DNA of 63,945 nucleotides, counting the filler, from Reclinomonas americana ATCC 50394 (Eukaryota), in NCBI GenBank assembly GCA_048213135.1. It is 8 parts of 4 records of this genome, joined end to end, with 100 filler letters (N's around TTAATTAATTAA, not from the genome) between each part and the next. Parts side by side here need not be neighbours in the genome. Positions count along the whole stretch, not along the records: positions 1 to 15,124 come from PS015325.1; 7 more parts are not named here. The stretch is one strand, 5' to 3'. A program made the translations under genes and the position numbers. Numbering within the stretch: the first letter of the stretch is position 1; every line of letters begins with the position of its first letter. A model generated the notes under the pieces. The model was given only the letters and a program-made list of their open reading frames with translations. It was not told the origin of the DNA and did not search any database. This document shows, in pieces, positions 1 through 11,817 of this stretch.

Positions 1-12
1 TCTCTCTCTCTC

Positions 13-52
<40 letters not shown>

Positions 53-278
53 CGGCACTTCTCTCCGCGATTGTGGATCTGTCATCGCACTGCGTGAGTG
101 AGCTCTTCTCATCGGCTTCCGCTTCTTCTCCTGCTTGTCTCACCGTGTCTCTCTCTCTCCCTCCATCCTTGCACTCTCACTCTCTCTCGTTCTCTCTCTC
201 TCACACACACTCCCTCTCTCTCGCTTTTCGCGTGCTACACTGTCTCTCTCAGTGGCTGTGGATTTGTCAGCGCATCTC

Positions 279-3200
279 ATGAGTGAGGCCATCTCATCGA
301 GTTGTGCTTCTTACTTGTCTCGCTTTCTCTCTTCTCTCTCCCTTACCCTTCGCTCTCTCCCTTACCCTTCCCTCTTTCAGGCCCCAAATCCCGCCTCCCT
401 TCCGCCGCCGCCGCCGCCACCGCCGCCTCCTCTGCCACCACCACCGCCGCATCATCCTCCTCGTCTCCTGCACCGCGACCCGCCTCGCACGCTGTCGTCG
501 CCACCCCTCCCGGCAAGAACCCAACGCCGGCTGGCGCTACCACTAACAGCGCCACCAAGCAACGCGCCTCCGTTACCTCCGCGAATGGTGTGAAGACCAT
601 TCGACCACCGGGCGCCAAGAGCACGTCGTTGCGCGGCGGTGGCGCCACCAACGGGACGCCGGGTTCGGCGGGCAAGGTCCCTATTCCCAAACTTTCTCTG
701 TTCCATATCATTCCTCACGCCTCACTCATTTGCCCCGCTACCCCACAGACGCAATCCTCGCTTGCCGTGCCACTGATGGGTGCACGGCGGTCATCCCACT
801 CTGCCCTGCTCACCAACTCGATCGGTTCTTCCGCGACGACGACGACGACGGCGGCGACCACTGCGGCCACGGGCACCACCGGAGCCCGGCGTGTATCGGG
901 CTTTGCCAATGGTCATCACCAGCACATGCCACGAACCGCCAGCGGCAGTGAGAGAACCACGCCAACCGGAAATTACTTGATACCAGAGCCGTCGCCTTCT
1001 TCGTCGTCCACCACCTCGGCGAGTCGTGGACTGCGTACACCGCGCAAGCGTTGCGTTATCGGCGATCGACATTACTATACATTAGTATCCTCTCATCTCT
1101 CTTCGTCCGTGGTGCGCAGATGAAGAGGAGCCTCCGCACAATGACCAGGAGCTACTGGATGCTGCCATGTCACGGCGACTGTCGCGCTCACGTGAGTCAC
1201 TCGTGCTCGTCTTGACCGTCTCTGACTACTATGGTTGCTCCACCATCTACTTCTCTCTCTTCTCTCCCGCTTTCTATGCAGTCACTTTTCATGTCGCCAC
1301 GCGATGAATGCCTATCACCGTCCTCTTTCCCCCCCATTTCTCATGCCGTTGAAAGACGACAGCCTTCTTACACGCCCTGTGCTTTATCCACTGAGAGACC
1401 CCCGTGTGCTCCTCTGACCGCCTTTCTCCCCTCTCATGCAGTGCGTCCTGTACCTCGCAAATCCAACGTCTTCAACCCGACGGCCTCTGTCGGCTCGTCG
1501 TCATCGTCCAACGGAGGAGCCACTCGCAAGTGTTGCGTCTGTATGTTTCTCGCCGGTTTCTTGTATTGTCGATTCGCCAACCGCTGTCCCGCACAGTTGT
1601 GGGTGACCTGGCTGAGCCCAACGAAACCGATTTTGCCGCTCACATCACCACCGTGGAGTCGTTCCGCACGGGCACTCGTTGTATGACGCACCACCTGGAG
1701 AAGGTGTGGTTTGGCGGTCGCAGCGGCTACGTGCGCCTGATTAATGCTCGAGTTGCGGATGCTTGCTGTTTGTGAATGTGTGTGTGTGTTGACTACTCGC
1801 TCTCTCCCTCTCTCCTCCTTCTCTCTGTATGTGCTTCTCCGATCTCCAACATCCATCATTCTTTCACTCACACCCGCGCTCGTTGCAATGTGCTCTTGAC
1901 TGTCATCTCGATTCTCTCCTGTCCCCCCCTCTCTCTCACTGACACACAGTGTGCTTCTGTGATCTCCAGCACTATATTTTGCTCTTTCGCTCTTTCGCTC
2001 GCTGCGATATACTCTCTGAATCTCACCCTGATTCTCTTCTGTCCTCTCACTGACACACAGTGTGCTTCTGCAACTCCAGAACTATATTGTTGCGCATCCA
2101 TCGTTCTTTCACTCGCACCCGCGCTCGTTGCAATCTACTCTTGACTCTCATCCTGATTCTCTTCTGTCCCTCTCTCTCTCTCTCTAACAGACAATGTGCT
2201 TCTGCGATTTCCAGCGTTTGTTGCGAATACATCATACTTTCACTCACACCCACGCTCGCTGCGATCTACTCTCTGAATCTCACCCTGATCTTCCTGCTCT
2301 CTCTCTCTCTCTCTCTTTCGCTCTCTCCTTGCCTTACCTTTACCTTCGCTTCCCCTCTCTTCTCCTCCTTGCCCTTCCCTTCCTATCCCTTCCTTTCTCT
2401 CCCTTCCCCCTCTCTTCCCCTCCCTCTTGCCCTCCCTCTTGCCCTCCTCCCCTCAGTTCTCATCGCTCACCCGCAGAATTTCGTGGCACACCCACCGATG
2501 CGCGTCGGCGACGCGAACGATACGGTAACATCGCTGTGCTCGGTTCGCGGTAACGTGTGGTGCGGCGTCTCCTCCGGACACATTGTCGTGTGGAATGCCA
2601 CCGTTGCGTCGCGCATCGCTCAGTGAGAACGTGTATGCTTCCCGCTTACCTTTTCTTCTTGGCGTGGTTCATCGTTGCGCAGAAACACAAGGAGTCGAAG
2701 AAAGTGCCGGCGCACAATGGACCCGTCAACGCGCTGCTGCACGCGGGAGAGACCGTGTGGAGCGCTGGTGGCGACGGAGTGCTGAGTGGCTGGAGCGACA
2801 AGGGCACAGTATTACGCGTGCAGACGCCGGCCACCTCCGCAGATGGCAGTCCGTGCACTGGCCTGCAGGCGCTGGCCCTTGATCCCGGTCGTCACCGCCT
2901 GTGGGCCGCCACAGCCGATGGCTGTCTGGCAGTGTTCGACTCACGCACTGGCAAGTTGGTGCACGTCATGTCGGCCGGCACCACTGAGCGCGTCTTGCAT
3001 GTGTGCTTTGTGCCGGCCCTGGAGGACACCGTGTGGTCGTGTCACGGCGACGCCACCGTGTCGGTTTGGAGTGCACAGGTATGGTGGCGCATTGCGGGAG
3101 ATGGAAGCAGCGAATGATCACTCACTCCTCCTGTTCTGTGTTTTCTTTGGTAGACCTTTTCCCTGCTGCGCCAATTATCGTACCCGGATGCGCGTTTCGT

Positions 3201-6200
3201 GTTCCTCTGTCCTCTCAAGGACACCAACTTTGTGTGGTCGTCGTGTGCCGAACATCGCATCGTGGTGTGGAACGCTCAGTCGTTTGCCATGCACCGCCGT
3301 ATCAACACGCCGGGCGCCTGCTTTGGCGTCCTGCAGCAGGTTGGCGCGCACGTTTGGGCCGCCGGCAAACAGGAGCAGGCGGCAGTGTACGACGCGCAGG
3401 TGAGTGTCTCCATCGTTTTTCTTTCTCTCGTACCGATTCGTGTCGTCATCACCACTCTGACTTTCTCGCCTCTCATGCACTCTTCACTGCATCCTGTTCA
3501 ATCGCGCGCGCGCTCTCTCTCTCTCTCTCACTTCTTCTTCTTTCTTCTTCTTATTCTTCTTCTTCTTCTTGTTATTCTTCTTGTTCAGTCTCTCTATTCT
3601 CTCTCGTCTCTTCCCTTCTCTCTCTCGTCTTTCCCTTCTCTTCCCCTCTCGTCTCTTCTCCTCTTGCCTCATCACCCCCTTCGCCACTTTTCCCTCTCCC
3701 TCTCTTTGCCAAATATCACCTCCCCTTCCACTTATGTCAAGCAGGTCATCCACGACATTCCCTCGCCAAGTGCTAACGGCGCCAGCTCCGCGATTCACTC
3801 CTCCTCGGCCAGCGGCTCCTCCATACCCGGGGTGGCGGCGGCAGCAGCAGCAGCGGCGATGGCCTCCACTGGCACGTCGGGCATCAACTCGCCGGGCGTT
3901 CTCCCGTTGCCACCGTCCCAGCTCTTCATTCCCAGCTCGCGCTCACACACGCCCCAGTCGAACTCGCGCCCCACCACACCCAAGACAACCAACGTCGCTG
4001 TGGCCCATCGTCGCGACCAGTCCACGAACTCGTTGCCGGACATTCCCACCACGCAGCCGAATCACCAGTCCGTGGCCCCGCCACCGCGGCCTCCATCCGC
4101 GCGTGTGTCGCCCACGCACCCTGCAGGGCCGCCATCTCTGGTAAGCAACACGGTGGGCGGCATGGGTCCACCGGCACCGCGCCAGCTGCCGCACTCGGAG
4201 CGGACCACGCCAACGCTACCGGATACAGTCGGCCCCTCGCTTGCCGTCTCACAGACGACGACGACTCGCACGCCGTCACCGTCCGCTAAGCAGCTGACGC
4301 CACACGGTGCCGATCCGGCGACGGCTCATCTGCATTCGCACTTGCCGGTCCCCACTGCCGCGGTACACAGCACGCCGCACAAGCCGGCCAGCACAGCGGG
4401 CACAGCACACCATTTTATGAGCGGTGAGTTTGTCAAAAAAACAGCACGGCAGATCAACTTGTGGGTTCTCACCAGTCTCGCTCGCCGCAGAGCACGACAA
4501 GGACACGGAGATCGCCCGGCTGACGGCCGAGCTGGCATCTGTGCGCGGTCACGTCAAGTCCGTGCTGGAGATGCTCGACGACGCCGATGTTGAGCCGGTG
4601 GTGCTGCGTGGTCGTGAGATTGCCAGTCCCACCACCACTCCTCCGATTCGCATCAGTGTCACCGAAGTGACGCCGGTGGCGGCCATGGCCGAGAGCTTGG
4701 TGGAGCGTGTTGGCTTCCTGCGCAAGTGTCTGGCCGTCGTCTCGGACTCGGATGCGGCAGCCGCAGAGACCGCCGCCGTGGAAGACAAGGACATTGGAGG
4801 GCTACGCAAGGCTCGATCAGCGGGTCGTGCTGTTGTCGCTCCGGCCCCAGCATTGGCGGTGCCTGTTGTGCCGCCGCCGATCCAGGCGGCTGCAGCTGCC
4901 GATTCGCTCAACACGTCGGTGGCATCCAGCGAACCGGAGAGCGAGGTTCTCACCGTGACACGCCTGCATGCACCCAACGGCGGCATTGCCGTGCCGTCGC
5001 CGCTGTCCTTTGTGAAACGCAGCAGCGGGGGCGGTCTGTCGACGCCGTCGCTGGAGCCGATTGACCGGCGCTCACTGCGCGCACTACTGCCATCCAAGCT
5101 GGACATGCTCGACATTGCACCGCATGTGGAGTCCGACTTGTTTGCCAAGATGCAACACGGCGAGCTGGACCCCACGGTCACAGAGGTGCGATGATGGGAG
5201 GGAGGGTGTGGGGAAGGGGGAAGAGAGAGGGACAAGAGAGGGGACGGAGGGTGCGAGGAAGAGAAGAGAGAAAGAGAGTGTCTGAGAGAGAAGGCGAGGG
5301 AGAGGGGTGAGTAGGCAAAGAGGGGAGAAGGCGAGGGAGAAAGAGTGTGTGTGTGTGTGTGAGAGAGAGAGCAAGTTATCCTACAACGTCTCCTGTTTCT
5401 GTAGACTTTTTGTCCGTCACACCCATTCATTTATCATGATGCATTTGCACTTAATGAGAGCGACCAGTGGTCCATGCTGCCGCACGTAGTCGACTCCTCA
5501 TCCCCATGTCTCACCTCTTTGTCTCCCCTCTCTCCCCCATGCAGGTCTTCCAAGAGCTCGCCTCGGCCGTTTTCGAGCGCGACGAATTCCGCGCGTGTCT
5601 ACAGCTGTACCAGGCTGCAGTGCAAAAAGTGGTCTGTCGCGTTCTCGGCGAGGACTACGAGGTGGGCTCCGCCAAATCGGCCAAGGACCTTGCCGCGGGG
5701 TCGCCGCCTCCTTCTGCACCTCTGTCGCCCACGGCCGAGTATTGGCAAGCGCAAGTGCGCAACATGTTCTATTCACGTGAGCGTGCCGCCGACTGGTGCA
5801 TGGGACTGTTTGAGGCATTTGCGGCGGCGGCCGGTCTCGACTTTGGGACGCCGAAGCAGTCGCAGTTCACGTCTCGGAGATCACCATCGCCCGTGTCTCG
5901 TGGGTCACTGGCGCATTTGGTGAGTGGGAGGGACCGGGTAATCGGGGAGGAGGTTTTACGTGGGACCTAGAGTAGCTCCTATCTCTATCTCTCTCTATAT
6001 TGCGGCGTCTGTTGAGATACGCTGCAGAGCAAGTTTCCGAGAATTCTACTCTATCGACCCGTTCCTTATCCAACAATCTTCCCCTCCAGCCGGGCCGCTC
6101 CCGTACTCCATCGAATAGTAACGTGCTCGGAACCATGCCGCGCCGCTCCTTCACGCCCACGTCGTATGACGAAGAGCTGTCACCATCGCACGGTTTGCTT

Positions 6201-9200
6201 CAGCAGCAGCTTCTGCAGCAACACTTACAGCAACAGCCGCAGTTGCAGCACCTGCACGTGCCGACAATTGTGCAGGCCATGCCAGTGCAGCAGCAACAGC
6301 AACAGACTGTGAATTCTCAGTTGGAGATCATTCGCCAGATGCAGGCACAGCTCGTGAAACTCGAACAGCAAGCACTGCAGCAGCACGTGCACAATCCGCA
6401 GCCACAACCGCCGCCGCCGCAGCAGCAACAGCTGTCGCTGGTGGCCGCCGCGGTGCCCAACGACGATCCACTCCCGGTACCTCTTCTGTCTGGGCACCAT
6501 CACCATTCGGACTCCATCGACCTAGGCAGCGTGTCGCTTTCGCGACCAGAGACCCCGCTCACTGGCTTGTTACAGCCACGCGGCAGTGGTGTCTACGGCA
6601 ACACCATCGGTAAGCGCATGTGGCCGCTCTACGGCTCAGACCACGTGTCGCGTGCCGAACAGCACGCGCTGATGAGTGAGTTGTTGTTCCTCAACGATGG
6701 TGAGTAAGCGCGATGGCAGCGGGTGTGTGACTGTATTCACTCACTATCTCGCGCAGCGTACTCTAAGCTGAGACCAGAGAACGACCGACTGCGACGGGAG
6801 CGTGACGATGCAGTTCGAAGAGTGCTCCAGGTCAGTGTGACAACAAGAATCACAATGCTTTCTACTCCAATACGTTGTCGCTCAACTCTCTTGGCATTCT
6901 ACACAGGTTGACGGCACCATGCAGGACTCTTCGTACTTGGTGAAGACGCTGATGCGCATTGGCGCTTTCTTGCACGCCGAGGGTTTCTCCAACTTGGCCA
7001 CCACCGCGGGAGAGCAGTTGCCGAGTGTGGGCGACACATGGTTGACTGCGACGCCACAGGATGAGACGTTGCGTGTGTGTTTGGCAGCGTGGGAACTCTC
7101 CTCACTCGCACACATTCCGTTCTTACTTGACTCTGCGCGCACAGTGAATTCGGCATCACCATTCTCAGCTGGTGGTCGGTTGCCTCCGAATTGCGACAAG
7201 TCGGCCGTCTTGTTCGCGAGTTGTACGAAAGACTGGCGGCGCATGCATGTGAGCGGCTACCGTACAGCACGCCTCTCAAGTTTCGTGATGCACAGGTCAC
7301 TCCCAGTGGCATTGCGTTTCCGACATCTCACTCGCTGGCCACTGTTTTGTAGGATGGCCCGCCAACCGGTTCCGCATTCGGTAAAAGAGCAACTGCAAGC
7401 GTCACATCAGCTTCTCGCGCAGTTGGAACAGGTTCGTGGAAAAAGTAACACCGCACGTGGGTCGTTTGCGTCGTGCTCACTCGGTGCGCAGGCCTGGGCT
7501 CGTGATCGTGAGCCTGTCGGCTTGCAGGCTGTGAGGCACGCCATGAAGGAGCTTCGTGCCATGGAGGAAAAGGCACTCGGCATTCTCACCCGCTCGCCGT
7601 TAACACCGCAGACGCCCCAGGCGGACCGTCCACCGCCCACTGTTATCGTGTCCCGTGCCTCGCCACCACCAGGAACAGGCTCGCCGGTGACTCCGTTGGC
7701 GTCGCGTTTCCACATTGTGGAATCCAGTGAGACCTCGGCGCTGGTGGGAGCGGCGGAGGTGGAGGATGAAGCCGTTGGATATTCCACTCCAATCACTCGG
7801 AGCTCGCTGCCGCCTGCGGAAGTCACGCGGCTTTTGGAGGAAAATTCACATGCGGCCACTGTGACGCCAGCGGTGCTGGCGCGCAACAAGCTGCGTCGCA
7901 CGCTACATCGGTTCCTGTTCCAGGCGGCATCGCTTCCATCGCAGCGACGCCGTCACGACGACTCGCTGTCGTCGTCATTTAGCAAGTCGCCAGGTGCCGT
8001 GTCGCCAATGCCATCGCCCGCGACGCCAGTGATGGTGCAGTTGCCGCCAACGTCGGATGTGTCTCTCGAGCAGGTATGTGCATGTTTGTGTTTTTCCTCG
8101 TGCAGGGCGAGGAGGACAGTTGACTCATCTGGTGCACCTCGCAAAGATCATTCGTCGCGTGGAGGATCAACTGCAGTTTTACGAGGAGATCATTTCCAGC
8201 TGTGCGACGTCCAAGTTGACACTGGCTCGCGTGCATGTTGCGTGGGCGGCGTGGGTTGTTCAAGTTGTGAGTGGTTGCGGAATTGATGTGAGTGTGGCGC
8301 AGGAACTGCACGCGGCCTTCCATGCCTTTGTGGAGACGGAGAAACCAGATATCTACTCGAAGATCCAGAACGAGTGCTATCTGTTGCGGTTGCACTCGGA
8401 TCCACTGCGAAAGTCGCAGATCAAGGTGAGGGGGGTGGGGAGGGAAGATGAGGGAGAAGGAAGAGGAGGAGAGAGAGGGAGAGGCAGGAAAAGAGGGCGG
8501 GAGAAGGAGAGGGAGTGATAGAAGAGAAAAGAGGGAGGGAAAGAGGCAAGGCAGAAATGAGAATGAGAGAGGCAAGTTGAGAAGAGAGGGAGAGAGGAAG
8601 AAAGAGTAGAGAGAGAGAGAGAGAAAACCCACTGGGAGTCACAGAAGGAGCGCGGCAGAGAAGAATGGCTCTCAGATGAGTGCCGGATTCTAATCCACTT
8701 GATTCTCTTTTGCAGACCATATTGCAGTTGTGGGCGGAACTGGAGACTCGGCACCGTACGTTTGCGACGGTGCTACACGAGCAGCTGACGACGTTGAGTA
8801 TGTGCTACGGTCGCTGAGGGAGAAGCCTGGCAGCTCACTTGACGCGTATGTTTTTCGATACAGATGTCAGGCGCGCGAACGAGTGCTCCAGGAGTTCACA
8901 CAGGCGGCGGACGACTTGCAGGATTTGTTGCAACATATGCAACAGAGACTGGAGCAGAATCCGGCGCGATTCTCTGCGTGGGTGAGCAAAAGTGGGCGCA
9001 GAAAACATGTAGGGCGATAGCGAGAGAGAGAGAGAGAGAGTGAGACGAAAGAGGGATAGGAGAGAGGGCTGCTCACAACCGAACAAGCTTGATCTCTCTT
9101 TCGTCTTTCTCCCAGAGAGAGTGAGAGCGAGTGACTCATCGTGTGTGTGAGAGAGAGAGAGACGAGAGGACGAGTGAGATAGAGCAATCAAGAGAGCGAG

Positions 9201-11686
9201 AGTGTCATAGCTCAGTCGCGAATGCAAGCGACGATGAACGTGCTCTCGCTTTCGATCCTGATTTGGTTGCAACACAGGCACAATCGACATTTTCGCTGTA
9301 CGAGCCAAGGTATCTGGCGCTCAGTGAGAGTGCGCACTTTGTCAATGACGATGTTGGCACCCTCGGCAAGTGGCGCGTGCAGACCAAACTTGAGGTTCTG
9401 TTGTGCCCCAGCGTCGATGGATTTGCCATTCCGAGTGCTCACCATTGTTCTTCTGTTGTACGTGCATAGGAGCTGCACGGTATTTTCACCCGTGTCGCCG
9501 AGCTGGTGGCGGAGACGGGCGATGCATCGCAGAATGCGGAGGACCTCGAGTCGTTCTCCACTGACTGGAGCAAGCTGGATTTGGTGGGTAGAGGGGGTNN
9601 NNNNNNNNNNNNNNNNNNNNNNNNNNNNNNNNNNNNNNNNNNNNNNNNNNNNNNNNNNNNNNNNNNNNNNNNNNNNNNNNNNNNNNNNNNNNNNNNNNNN
9701 NNNNNNNNNNNNNNNNNNNNNNNNNNNNNNNNNNNNNNNNNNNNNNNNNNNNNNNNNNNNNNNNNNNNNNNNNNNNNNNNNNNNNNNNNNNNNNNNNNNN
9801 NNNNNNNNNNNNNNNNNNNNNNNNNNNNNNNNNNNNNNNNNNNNNNNNNNNNNNNNNNNNNNNNNNNNNNNNNNNNNNNNNNNNNNNNNNNNNNNNNNNN
9901 NNNNNNNNNNNNNNNNNNNNNNNNNNNNNNNNNNNNNNNNNNNNNNNNNNNNNNNNNNNNNNNNNNNNNNNNNNNNNNNNNNNNNNNNNNNNNNNNNNNN
10001 NNNNNNNNNNNNNNNNNNNNNNNNNNNNNNNNNNNNNNNNNNNNNNNNNNNNNNNNNNNNNNNNNNNNNNNNNNNNNNNNNNNNNNNNNNNNNNNNNNNN
10101 NNNNNNNNNNNNNNNNNNNNNNNNNNNNNNNNNNNNNNNNNNNNNNNNNNNNNNNNNNNNNNNNNNNNNNNNNNNNNNNNNNNNNNNNNNNNNNNNNNNN
10201 NNNNNNNNNNNNNNNNNNNNNNNNNNNNNNNNNNNNNNNNNNNNNNNNNNNNNNNNNNNNNNNNNNNGGAGAGAGATGTATGGAGAGGGCGGAGAGAGAA
10301 AGTGCGCGAGTAGGGGGAAGAAAGTGAGAGTGAGAGTAGAGGAAGAGAGAGGGGAGGAAGCAGAGGCAAGTGAAAGGCGGCGAGACACGCGCACAGAGCA
10401 AGAGCGCGGAAGTGGAAGAAGAGCAGAGAGTGAATGAGTGCGCAAGAGAGACAGCGAGCAAGGATCACACAGAAACAGATAGAGAGAGAGAGAGGAATGG
10501 TAGGGCATTCGGTTCGTTGCGGGGAGACTTGGTAAGTTTGGTCTGTGCTCATGCGTTGTCCATTTTAATTGCTGGTTTCTTCGACAACCCTGTATTTCTT
10601 CACACTTTTCACTCTTCGGCTTATGCACTCTCATTCAATTATCCGTGGATTCAACCTTTGTCTTTTTCTCACTCTCCTTCCGTTACATTCACAGGACTTG
10701 GCGTTCCCGGTCGAGCAACTGCAGGTAGAGGTGGAGCAGAAGAAGCTGGACAACTACCGGTATCGGTCGGTGGACGAGATGGAGGCGCTGGAGGTCAGTA
10801 TGGCCGTTTCTCTCTCTCTCGTGTTAGTCACTCACTACCTCTCGTGTGTGTGCGACAGAATTTCGTGCAAGATTCACTCGCCAAGATCGCCCCGATTCGG
10901 CAGAGTGTGCAGGAGTGGCAAGCCAAGATCACCGGCATTGGCAAGAGTCAAAGTCGATCGTGGCAGCAGTTGGCCACACGCATTCGCGCCGTTCTTGATG
11001 TGCGACATGCGTCCCTCGCTCGGTATCGCTGAAGCCATCCGGCCCACTCACTCTTCTTCTTCTTCTCGTATTGCGCAGACGCGTGAGGCTGCACTGTACA
11101 AACTAGAGGACGATGTGTATGCAATTGCATCGTTGCGGCGCACCTGTGACAAGTTTTGTGCGTGGAAGAACGATCTGGAGGAGCACATTCGTGACCTGGT
11201 GGCCGACACCGCCACTTTGCGCATCTCGTTGCGCAATCGGTGGCCTGCACAGGGCGAAGTTTTGTGACCGACCTCGTTGTTGACTTGCGGCCATATGGAA
11301 CGATTCATCTCACTCATGTCTCGCAGAGCACGGCGGTCGGCCGATTGTGGAATCGGCTGCATCGCAAGCTTTCCATGTCGCAGGTGCTGGTGGAGGCTGC
11401 AGCCGACCAGTTGCAGCAGCTGGAGAACGCAACGCCGGAGATGAGGTTATACATGATCCGCAGTGAGGTGCGTGCTTGAGAAGGTGATATGAGGTTGCCA
11501 ACAAAGCAGCGCGCTAATCTGCGACTCGTGCAGGAGACGATGGTATACGCGAATGCGGCTGTTGATTTTGCACGGTGGTACGAGAATGCGTTGAGCGAGC
11601 ATCCCGATCCACCACCGTCGTCGTCGTCATCGTCGTCGGCTGTGGTTTCGCCTGCCAGATCGGCATCGCTGGCGAGTGCAGAATGA
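279..11686 (+). CDS. Large multi-exon protein: low-complexity N-terminus, WD40-like beta-propeller (about 1600-3400), Pro/Ser/Gln-rich linkers, long helical/coiled-coil C-terminal half
   Basis: ATG at 279. Phase-consistent GT-AG exons were checked by hand in the 5' half. Propeller-like blades: TRCMTHHLEKVWFGGRSGYVRLINAR, VTSLCSVRGNVWCGVSSGHIVVWNA, HNGPVNALLHAGETVWSAGGDGVLSGW, LWAATADGCLAVFD, VWSCHGDATVSVW, VWSSCAEHRIVVWNA. Heptad-like exons follow (EIARLTAELASVRGHVKSVLEML; ADDLQDLLQHMQQRLE). Stop TGA at 11684-11686. Spans gap 9599-10267, so it could be two genes. Confidence 0.7.
1831..2300. repeat. Intronic degenerate tandem repeat, 4 units of about 110-135 bp
   Basis: Units start with GTGCTTCT at 1831, 1951, 2062 and 2196 and share the cores CGCTCG(T/C)TGC(A/G)AT and (C)CTGATTCTCTTCTGTCC. 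It lies in the intron that starts at 1752. Confidence 0.85.
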
Positions 11687-11817
11687 ATGAAGGGAAGTGT
11701 GGGTGGATTATATATTGGACATTGAGAGGAAGTCATCCGGCGCGTGCGTGAGAGAGAGATATACAAGCGTTCTTGGAGCAAGCTGCGTGACTTTCAAAAC
11801 ACATGCGTGAATTCACT

